A stretch of 64,000 nt of DNA. It comes from Basidiobolus meristosporus CBS 931.73 (taxonomy: Eukaryota; Fungi; Basidiobolomycota). This document shows positions 52,412-62,803 of this stretch, piece by piece. The stretch spans positions 15,941-79,940 of the forward strand of contig MCFE01000409.1 of NCBI GenBank assembly GCA_002104905.1. Reading direction: 5' to 3'. The position numbers and the translations under genes were made by a program. The notes beneath the pieces were generated by a model. It had not been told where the DNA came from. It ran no database searches and saw nothing but the letters and a program-made list of their open reading frames with translations. Each line of letters begins with the position of its first letter. The stretch's first letter is position 1.

Positions 52412-55093
52412 ATCAATTTGTACACATGAAAAGTAAGAGAAACAGTTGAGTCAGGAAGTAGGGAGTGTGAAAAAGAGGCAATAGCCAATCAATTCACACA
52501 AACATAGGAGGCAATAGAGTGTCCAGGATCAGAAAGTGAGCAAATTGGCAGGGAGCCAATCAAAAGCCACTTATACATTGTTGTGATGAAAAATTTTGAC
52601 AAAGTTTTTTGTGAAATCTGGGGTGCAATTATTTTTCAATGGTCTCTGGATGGTGTCCTGACAAGATCAGTACCTCTCAGTCACAGGACATTAACTTTGT
52701 GATGGCCTTTTGATGGGATCATCTCAATAATTTTTCATAGGGAGGGGTTTTGAGGATTTACTGCTACTTCTTGCCAAACACATTCTTGGATGCAACTTAT
52801 CATGAAAGTGGTACAAATGGACAAACATCATGCAGCTGGCAACATATATGCTTGAGACAATACTGCTACCAGCATGTGTTAGCAGCTGCATAACATTTGC
52901 ATCACCAAATGCCACCAATGCAAGGTGTCCAACTTGTAAGGAATTCACTTCTACAGGAGAAGACATTATTTACATTCTGAATATTTCCCAGTAATACTCT
53001 ATCTGCAGAAGCTCATGCAGTCCAACATATATTTCAAGGCTATAAAGTACTGGCCTCAGTGCCAATCAAGCACCAACATTTCTAATATATTGGATGGCAA
53101 ATATTTCAAACTACCAAGGAGCAAGGGCAATGTTGAGGATATACATGGCCATACATTTTCTTTGGCACTTGCTGGATTCTCATTAAACAAGTATGCTAAC
53201 AGCAAAGATAACTGGTTGCTGATTCCTATCAAGCAGAGTCTGCCACCAATCCTATGGTATCAGAGCAGAAATTGTATGGTAGTCTCACTGTTATCTGGAG
53301 CCAAATTCTGTCCAACATGTATTGCTACCTGTATCTATTGCTGGATGACTTTTGTAAGCTATCCAGCAGGATGCTAGCAGATGGCTATCATGTCAAAATA
53401 CATATTTTTATCTGCATTGCAGATACCCCAGCCATCAGTGTGACTATTAGCTTTTCCAGGCACAATGGATGGTATTGCTGAATCAAGTGTGAGATTTTGT
53501 GGATTTATTCCAAACACACACACATTAGTATTATCTAAGCATCAACACTAAGAGCATCCTCTACTCAAAGAGTAAATGTACAGAAGTTGGTATGCAGCTT
53601 TAGTAAAGCAGGCAGGCTATAATTCATTGGCCAGAATATGAAACTCATTGAAAACAGGAGATACCTAAGATAGTGGGAGTCTGTAGGAGCAAAAGCTTTC
53701 TACTGGAAGGAGTACATTTGCTATTCAACAGCATCCTAATACAGATGACCAAGTTGTACATCAATCATTTTGAGCTAAATGAGCCCATTAAGATACTGGA
53801 AGGATTTGAAAGAATTGGTAAGATATTCCCAAATATCTTATACCAAAAGTACTTCTCACAAGCACTAAATAGTTTTTCATACTCATATGGAACAATTCAA
53901 AGGCAAGGATTGGATGGGCTGGATATGTATTTATTCAGGTGGCCTTCTGAAGTAACTTCTACCCAGAGTGCTTTGGAAGCATTAGGAGTCATGTGTTGAT
54001 AATGTGGTAATATTAATTCAGAAGCAAATCACCAATACCAACTTGGTGCATCAACAGCTATCATTTGAGGAATTTTGGATGGGATTTGAGTGGCCCTACC
54101 ACTAGCATAAAGCTGAGCACATACATCTCTGCCATCATTTTATCCATCCTCTACCCCATCTTGCTTGATGTGCAGCAAACATCAGACCATGCTTCATGTT
54201 TTGGGAGTTTGCAATAAAGTGGTTGTGTGGGGAGATAGGAAGTCAAGTCAAATTGCAAAAATACCATATCCCAACCTCTTCAAGAACATCACTTTCAAAT
54301 CTGTCATTGATGTGATGAGTTGGCACATGGAGGACAACCAGGAAGAGCCAGAAAATGCTGAGGACAGATGTGCACAATGAAGCACCTATGCCTTTGGTAT
54401 TAGGAAGCTAAAAAGGCCCAATATGTGGGTAAACAACTAAGCAAGGCAAAGTAGGATGAAATGTCACAAACAACTAATCCTTATTACATTAACTTAACTA
54501 GAATATGCTGAGTTTCCCCTGAGTACAATACAATTTCTACACCATTCAATATGGAATTTGTACAAACAAGAACCAGAGTGTGCCTACAAGGGGGACTAGA
54601 ATCCAGCAGGGAGAAGGAATATATTAGCTGAGACCAAAAAGTATTTTGTGGATATTCAAGAAGTATTTGTGGTGAAAGTGACAGCAATCATGCATATGTT
54701 TGCATGATGTCTATTTTACCAGTAGCACAAGGTATATGATAACTTTGCAAGTATCACAGTGAAAAGCTGTAAAGGTGAGGTGATATAAGCATGTCAATTG
54801 CAGCAGGTGTGCATGTATGTAGAGGTTGGTAAGCAGGAGCGCATAGTTTTTCTGATTCAAACTATATTTGGAATACTTTTGGTGGTAGTGGGTTAGCAGA
54901 TGAAGAAGGGTGGTTTTACAGTGAGATATATATGCATGGCACATGTGGAGGTAGAAAAGGAAATGCCATTTGGTAATTTGGTATGGTTGCATCTTTTAGA
55001 ACTAGCTGCAGGCATTATAATGGCCTCATGGCAGGATCCTGACAGCTGCTCTGGATCAGATCCACCTGTGGGACCAAATTATTTTACATAGGG

Positions 55094-55229
55094 GTCTTGG
55101 TGAAATCTGAGGTGCAGTGTTTTCCAATGTTTGCACATGGTGTCCTGATGGCATCAATACCTCTTGGTCAATGGAACTTAGCTTTGTGATGGCCTTTAGA
55201 TGAGATCATCACAGTTATTTCTCATAGGA
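55094..55229 (+). repeat. Right-end remnant of another CMC copy
   Basis: Homologous to 52610-52742; ends TTATTTCTCATAGGA. Confidence 0.65.
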
Positions 55230-55802
55230 GATCTCATATAACCCTTCCAGGTACTGGAGCCAAGTATATTCAATATCTCCAAAATTCTCACAATGGGGGT
55301 CAAGCTTACAACTTTTCAGGAATAGTGATTTGGGATAATATCTGATCATCATGCTACATGAAACATATAGGCCATCCTAAACACTACTCCAAGGCAGGCC
55401 TAGCCACTTGTCTACTGAGCCATTATGAGTGATAAAAGATTAATAGCTGTATTTGGGGTGGAACACCATTGCATATAAGCTGAAGATGCCATCAAAAAAC
55501 CCAGGGAAAATACACCTTGAAGTTCTGATAGGGTTAACAGAGGTGCATTACAGTTAAGATGTGTACACTACCATTGAATTGCATATTACATAATAATGGA
55601 GGCCAAAAGTAACAACTATTACAAAGCTGGCTGGGGTGCCCAAGATACAGCTCAAACCAAAATTTAGTTGGTAAATACGATTGTGTGCATTTGGTACAAC
55701 AAACCATTTCGCTGGGGATTTGATCTACAGGTCAATGGCGCAAATCCGCATCGTGTATTGTCAGGAGTAAATAACAATTTGGTTGTATTAGAACTGCAGT
55801 AA

Positions 55803-56965
55803 TCAGAACCGGGGATTCATTGTTGTATATTTGGCTGGGTTACTGTGCTTTGGTAAAGGTTGGATTAAAAGTCCAGTATATTGAGCGCGTTTTCCAAGCT
55901 ATTGTACACTTACATGTCTGAACTTCGCCTCATAATGCGGGTTATGCTTAGTAGGCTTCTCACCGTACGAGACTAGCGATGCTTCATCTGCGTTCTGTGC
56001 GTTGAATATATTTTGCTGTAGATTCGAGGCGATCAGTTTACGCTTGAGTTGATCGTATAAACCCTGATGCTCAGAACGTCAGTAACCATGTACATCGAAG
56101 CTCCCTGCGCTGAAGCGTACTTGCAACTTCTGCAGTTGATGCAACTTTTCGAGGTATTGTTGGTTGATATCCCAGCTTCTCCTTTTTTCGGATTCTTTTT
56201 CGTCTTGTAAGGCTAATACGGAAACGTTAGCCCTGGCTCTAACTCTGAACAAAAGGGGACGTTGGATCCGGGAAATCCCTACCTAGAATGGCTTTTTGCA
56301 TCGCTGTTGAAACGGGACGAGATGCGCCCATTAATACAGAGTCATGGTAGAAAAAACAACGACTCTCCTACTAGAAATCTCGAGATTCGCGTCATAGGCT
56401 ACTGCTTGAAGCTTGTTTTCCAAGAGGATGTTTTGTCTTTCGAAGGATTTCGATATAGCTTCTTGAAAGTATACCTCCTGTGTTGTTTGATAAGTCCAGA
56501 ATGCAAGCGCCCTGGAACATATCTCAATAACAACCTCAGGTCGTAAGCCTGAAAGAATTGACTATCCTCAAAGGAAGCGACACTTCAGCTAGTGGGATTA
56601 GTTACCATATGAGTAGGGAAGTACCGATTTATATCCTTCCGAAGGGTGTAAATCAATCAAGGCTATATCGTTTCTAATGAAGTAATGTTGAAGGATAAGC
56701 ATTTCCGTGGTTCAGACCGACTTTCAATGGTTTCACTAACTTCTGGACCAGGTCAGTTCGACAGGTCGGGCAAGTTGAAGCAACACTGAATGCTTCGTTT
56801 GCACATTCTACACAAAATAGATCTACAGAGCTAGATAAGGTATATATCCCCAACACACACTATCGTATGGTAGAGCTTACGAGAGCAGGAGGTAACACAC
56901 GCTCTACCAACTGAGTAAACACCTCTCCGACACCTTACATTATTGCAGTGAAGGTCAACATCCAT
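55803..56965 (-). CDS. HEI10: HEI10/CCNB1IP1 meiotic crossover RING E3 ligase (multi-exon)
   Basis: Manual splicing (exons 56965-56881, 56822-56741, 56673-56625, 56561-56372, then further exons) gives MDVDLHCNNVRCRRGVYSVGRACVTSCSHLFCVECANEAFSVASTCPTCRTDL...HPSEGYKSSILSGLRPEVVIEICSRALAFWTYQTTQE...QYLEKLHQLQKLQGLYDQLKRK. This includes the diagnostic L.GLRPE....SRALAFWTYQ. The last exon and stop are less certain. Confidence 0.9.
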
Positions 56966-57489
56966 GATAAGGAGAGTTCAGAACCTCGGTAGGGTATCGT
57001 TGAAGCGTGTTCTTTCGTTTCCTGATTGTGGTTTTCTGTGGCTCGGCTTCTCTTGTAGAATATATAGCGACGGGATGTGGTGGTATGTTGAAGTTTGCAT
57101 CAGCGAGAATATGACGAAGCATAAATGCTCATCAAAATAAATGTTTGCATGCTGATAAATTTTCCAATGAATCTTAAATTTATCCACTAAGCCACATGGC
57201 CTACCTAAATCGCTCGAAACCATGGAAATCTGGAAAATCTGGAGTTTATCAACTATTAATAGTAAATTGCCAGGTTTCGTTCGGATCTGCAGAATGATAT
57301 CATTGGGTGGGCCCATCATGATTTGTTTTGAATTAAAACATTCGCCTTAACACAACATTGACTCTGAGGGCTCTGTAGTTGTTGAATACCAAACGTCGTA
57401 CTCTTCAGAACATCCATTGGCATCTACCTAGTAAGAATACACGTAGTCAACTGTTGAAAGCTGTAGCTTGACTTTGTTGACGTCTGAAC

Positions 57490-59376
57490 ATGGAGAACGA
57501 ATCGAACTTTCAGGAGTATTACACTCTCTTCCAAAAAGAGCTATCCGAGATAGAAGAGCTGGATGACCCAATAGAGGTGTACCTGCGGTATATTGGCTGG
57601 CTATTCGAGAATTACGAAAAGCAGCAACTTCGCAAGATTCTGCTACCCATTCTGGAGCAGGCGACCGAGCATTTTAAAGAGGATTTACGCTACACTAACG
57701 ACCCACGCTACTTTAACCTTTGGTTCTTGTACTCAAAACACATAGCTGATCCAGAAACGGTCTTCAGTCAGCTTCTTCGAATGCAAGTCAGCACCGGCCT
57801 GGCCGCTTTTTATGAAGAGTACGCCACCCTGTTGACCAAAAAAGAAAGGTTTCTATCGACGCATGTCTCGTAGTATGAATATGTAAGCTGTTTACCAACC
57901 ACTTTTGCTTGTATTTTTAGAGTCGAGGACGCAGGTGTTGTGTTCGAACAGGGAATTCTACGGAAAGCCATGCCATTTGCACGGCTAGAGCGTAGATTCA
58001 AAGAGTTTCAGAGGACTACTGGATATCAGAGCACTCAAAAATCCAAGCGGGAGGAAAAATTAGCAGCGGACCTGGACTTGTTTTATTCCCAAAATGAGGA
58101 ACTCTGCTTTGAGGAAATGCGGGCTAAATTATCAAAGTACAAGAGCTCTACCAGCACCGCGAAGTCTTCAAGGCCCTCTGAACGCTTTCTGAACTCGAAA
58201 TCTGCGGAGGCTGCAGGCCAAAAAATTCAGCGTAAGCTCTATCTTCAAACAGACTATGGTAGCCACCTCTAACACAACCACCACCTTCATATAGCCGAAA
58301 AGGCTTTCAACGAGTCGAGCACGAAGAAGAAAAGCGTTCCTTCGCCCACAATCAACACAAAAGCAGCTCTGGCCGATATATTGGAGATTTTCAATCAGCC
58401 TCTAAAGTGTGAGCAGTTCGATAGTGATGATGATGCCTATGATGATGATGAGTACTCCCCGATCCAGCTGGCAACTGAGAAGAAATCCGAAGTCTCGAAC
58501 TACGCTCAAAATCGCCCACTCTATGACGAAAATCGCCACCCTTCGTACTCGGACGAAAATAACAACAAAGGAAACCCATCCTCTCGAGTGCCATTTGCCC
58601 CCAAGGTTCATGCGGACGAAAAGCCTGCTGCACAACCAAAGAAGAGCTTTAGTGTATTCCAAGATTCCTACGAAATGCCACTGGGCGACTCACTACAGCA
58701 GAATCTGAACCATAGCTATTCTGAGAAACCCGTGTCGAATTCCAAGCAATTCGATCTGTTCAGAAGCCGAAAATCCCTACCAAACCTTCAAGGAAATCGA
58801 ACCCCTCTCAGGGGCGAAGACTCGCCAACGGAAGCATGCCGAGATACTCCTCATGGGTCGGCAGATAGGTTCACATACTCTCAACAAGAAAATGAGCAAA
58901 TTGCCAAACTGCCAGAAAAGGCATTCATGGTGTATCAAGATGAAAACTCCAACCCCGGCTCCAAGAAGGTCGGACGAGCGTTTGATGTTTTCTGCGATGA
59001 CAATTACACCGAACCCAACCCAAAGGGAGAGGCCAAGCCATTCTCCATGCTAAATAACCCGCGACCCAAACCTGCCCAAGAGCATTCTCTGTTTTCTGTA
59101 CATAAACCGTCTTTATCCAGCCAGCAAAAAACCCCGCAACACCCTGGGCGTAGCTCCAGCGATGAATTTGAAGGATTCGATAGCCGAGATCAACGAAGAC
59201 AATTCTACATTAATAATCCCCCAGGCAGCAGCCTACTGAACAAATTCGCGAATTTCTTGAGCGATGGAAGCGATGGGGAAAACGAATCTCGAGGTATGTC
59301 TACGCGATAAATTGGCAAAAAGAATGTAGCTAACGTGCGGCGCTTTGCACCTGTAGAGAGTATCTATCGGCAGTGA
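57490..59376 (+). CDS. BUB1: BUB1/MAD3-family spindle checkpoint protein lacking a kinase domain (~562 aa)
   Basis: Exons 57490-57848, 57921-58231, 58295-59293 and 59357-59376 splice in frame (1689 nt). TPR domain (DDPIEVY...RYTNDPRYFNLW), GLEBS EELCFEEMRAK, CD1 PSPTINTKAALADILEIFNQP and ABBA-like motifs. Confidence 0.85.
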
Positions 59377-59549
59377 GGGAGAATACGACGTATCCTTTAT
59401 ATATTTTCCGATAATCTACAGCATAGAACTTTTGTTGAAATTTGGTCGAGCTGGTCCCTAAGAGGCCATACAAAGTACAACAGCACAGTAATCCAGAGTA
59501 TTTGTATTAAATAACCATCTTCCTTATGGCCGTCAACTATGCTAGCCTT

Positions 59550-62337
59550 CATTGCTTGACTTTGGACTTTGTGGAAGGTGAAGGTTGGATAGTGTAGATT
59601 TTATTAGGATGTATTATGAATTGTACACTTCAACTTTAAAATGAACGATCCAAGTCTAGCCTGACCTCAAGATTTCTTGAAGCTGCAGCATGATTTGTGT
59701 TCCCGGGTGCATGGCTGTATTGTGGGGATCGGCTTCGCTTCCATTTGTCGAAGGAAACTCGAGCCGCGGTGCTGTCCACCGACGGTAGATCTAGTGAGTT
59801 ACGCGGCCTGCGGCCATGCTGGGCAACCTGAGACTACAGCATTAGCGGAAATAGAAAGGAGTGATAGAGATTGTTTGAGTCAATGGATCGAAATCACAAT
59901 ATACATATTGATCAGCTTCTTCCGTTCACCACCTCGCCCATCCCATCACTTTGATCTAAAGCGTAAACGTGCACATTACCTCCACATCACGCCCGTCGAA
60001 CAGAACTCCCCGGTCGCTTCCTTGGATCTTCCTCTCCAGGGCGGACCGTGCTGCCATATGCAGTTAGCGATGGCCATTCGGCGTTGCGGTCGGCACGACG
60101 TCACTTACCATCGAGAATCAATAGTCTACCCTCCTCCGTGTCCGCGGAATCGGAGCCCTCCTCATCTTCCTCAAAGTACTCTCCGATGTTGAATGCGCCC
60201 AATACGCGCCCATGGATATTAAAGAAGGTTACCAGCACCGGAAACAATATGAGGAGTGGAACCCAGTCGTTGAACTGGTGGCCTAACAAAGGAACCAAGT
60301 TGATCTTGCCCATGAACTGCCACTCGTAAGCACTTGTTGGGAAGTGACTCTGCATGCACGCCTTACCTGAGAGAAGACGGCGACTTGCTCATGAGAGATA
60401 AGATTCAGATAGTTATAGCACAGTGGGTATCTGGATGGACAAGGCAAAGAGCTATTAGGCGACTGGGGATGCAACCATGAAGAAATGCAAGTTACGTCAA
60501 GCGGCAAAGATACGCGCCGAAGAACAGCAAACTGTTCTCGTTAGTGTTGTGGTTTGGGACCAGGGCGTATAGATTGAAGATCTTCAACTTGAACAGGCTG
60601 GTGTAGACACAGGTGCACATGTACGCTATGGTGAGAAACGAGATCCACTGGATCCGGTTGGGGTTAATCAATCTCGACGAAGCAGTAGTTAAGACTTGCG
60701 CCAACCTCGGAGGTGCCGTAAGCATTTCCGGCCGCTTGATAAATGATCCCAAAGATCGAGAGCACAGGTTCCTTCGACATGAATGTGATTTCAGACCAGA
60801 TCAAGGAGACGCTCATGAGCGTAGCTGCGATGGCCAATAGCCGCGAGAGCAACGGTTGCAGACGAATGTACCACCACCACACTATGTTCGATGAGTTAGT
60901 TCATGACGAAGGGATCTAGCAAGTCCCACTACGATAGTTACTGAGAATCCGCTCCAGGTCTGCGTAACGGCCGTTCGACAGGGGCTTCACCGTCGAATGA
61001 AACCTCTTGTCAGAGCTGCTCTCGTTTTCCAAGATATCTTGCAAAAGGAACACCCGCTTGAGATGGTATCGCCATTGGCTTCATGGGAGATTGTTAGTTG
61101 CTTACCAGGCGAAATAGCCAATTACCAACCTTTCGTAGCGCTCTTTTTGTCGTGTAACTCGGATGATTTGCCGATGCAGATTGTTGAGGTATCGAAGGGT
61201 AATTTCTCTAGGAAGTCTGGCATGATTCGTTTCTATGTTTTGGCCGCTTGATACTAGAGGGCACTGTAACGCTATAGAAATCAGCATCCAGATGAGTGCT
61301 GGAGAAGGTGTTCTGGTTCTCTGCTGACCTTCTCAATTATCTGATCCACATAGGACCTTAGCTCACTGGAGGGTCGTACTTTATAGCTAACTCTACTGAC
61401 AGTCTGAAAATCGCCACAGGTAAGTGGGGGCTATCTTGGATGAGTGGCGTGAACATGGTAGACGTACTGCAACTGCCTCTTGAAGCTCGATCTCTGCATC
61501 GTATAAGTTATCTTTCAGCTCAACCGCCTTGACCTCGGCGACTCTGAGAGCCCTACGACGGTCGGCAGATCTCCACAAACCTCTTGGCACCTCAACCAGA
61601 CCATGGCCCATAAATAGAATGACGAGCAGCATACCCCAAGAATTGGCAGGAGCCCATGATAAAAGCGGTCAGGGTTTGTCTGAGTCCCGAGGCAAAACGA
61701 GAGGTTACTATCTTTCGGAAGTGCAAACATCAGCTCAATCTCCCCTCCCTACTAACCTGTCATAAATCTTGCCGGCACTGATGGCGTAAATGAGGATTAA
61801 CAGCCCAATGAAGCCGATCGAGCCGTAATAGATGAGGTTGGTTTTGATCGCTCCGCGGAACTTCTGTTGAAAGGTGAACCCTCCGGAGAGTACGTAATTC
61901 TGCATCAAGGGATGGTGGCCCCTAATAAAAGCGAGGGTGAATAATCGGAGCGCGGGTCGTGTCAGTAGAGCTCAGCAGTAGGGCCCTTTACCAGGTTAGA
62001 AAGAACATGGTCCAATAAACGTACGCCAGAGACCAATCCAATACGTTTTCCGATAGGTAGGCGTACGGACGACACATTCCCTTCGGGGAGGGTGCGACAT
62101 AGCGTCTTGAAAGCTCGTTTAGTGGGGTGGTGGTTGGAGGGAAAAGAACAACGGCAAAAGTTACCGAAGCTATGTCCATGGTACGAGAAATACTATAGAG
62201 AACGGGACCGTCCAGCTGAGGAAAGCGGTCCATTTTACGTACGACGGACAGGTCTTTTGGTTTCCGTAATATGTGATTAGCGAGAAGGAGATCAGAGAGA
62301 CCACTCCGAAGCAGAGTGGAACGAAGAACCAGGACAT
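59550..62337 (-). CDS. LMBRD2: LMBR1-domain membrane protein (LMBRD2-like), multi-exon
   Basis: Start MSWFFVPLCFGVV at 62337. Motifs YWTMFFLTW, MGHGLVEVPRGLW, NENSLLFFGAYLCRLT and FMGKINLVPLLG..FNDWVP. Two apparent frameshifts near 62180 and 62070. The 3' end is approximate. Confidence 0.85.
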
Positions 62338-62803
62338 GCTTTGTTCCCAAGGTCGTCGAGGAAATTATACAATCTAGTACGAAACGAACAGACCGGGGAC
62401 TCGATAGGGAAGTCCTTTATTACCAAGGTACAGGGGTCGGGCAACAGACGAGGCGGGAGGAGCCAGGAAAGGGGATGGAAATTAGGTTTGGAGGTGCAGT
62501 TGGATTGGAGGAAAGGTGCGCAGGCCCAGTCAGCCACCGATTTTTGGGAAATTCTTCGCATCACCTGCAACAGTCACCGGTCAGCCGGCATCCCAGGGAT
62601 TTTTTGGATGGCTCAAGGTCGTCGATGCGTTGGCCGCCATTTCGATGGAGATTGATCCACGAATTCCCATTCTGTTTAACCTATGCAATGTCGGTTAACG
62701 AGGAGATGACGAGTTCCAGGGTTGCCGGATTTGGGTGATTAGCACTTCGCTGGAGGGGATTCGAGGTGTACACACGTTAACCCTGCACGTCCATCAAAGC
62801 AAC

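Larger units (their letters stand above)
46952..52742. mobile_element. Complete CMC/EnSpm (CACTA-superfamily) transposon, 5791 bp, CCC termini
   Basis: 13-bp perfect TIR CCCTATGAAAAAT, 3-bp TSD AGG (46949-46951 and 52743-52745) and a restorable empty site. It carries a tnp2-type transposase and a divergent ORF2. The CCCTA end fits the CMCWR terminal consensus of the superfamily. Confidence 0.95.
46680..55093 (+). mobile_element. Old CMC/EnSpm copy (transposase plus) hosting the complete element; ends in a left TIR
   Basis: Transposase remnants at 46680-46951 and 52743-54900 join across the TSD. TIR ...CCAAATTATTTTACATAGGG ends at 55093. Confidence 0.8.

Noticed and set aside
55520-55537. ATAGGGTTAA as a possible piggyBac end (TTAA + CCCT)
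   Set aside because: No partner terminus or piggyBac coding remnant was seen, and the motif is short enough to be chance.
1-55600. Most short ORF-track entries in the repeat block as host genes
   Set aside because: They are antisense or off-frame shadows, or stop-bounded pieces, of transposase, ORF2 or gag-pol sequence.
1-55600. Classical ascomycete RIP (CpA to TpA) as the main mutational process
   Set aside because: CA and TG remain abundant while CG is depleted, and paired TG/CA changes point to CpG. Some CAA to TAA stops exist, so a minor contribution is not excluded without computed indices.
56978-57319. 113-aa minus ORF (MMGPPNDII...) as the HEI10 N-terminus or a separate gene
   Set aside because: HEI10 already has a fitting start (MDVDLHC) at 56965, this ORF stops before it, and it has no recognisable domain.
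58420-58452. GAT-rich microsatellite-like run
   Set aside because: It simply encodes an acidic Asp-rich stretch in the BUB1-like protein.
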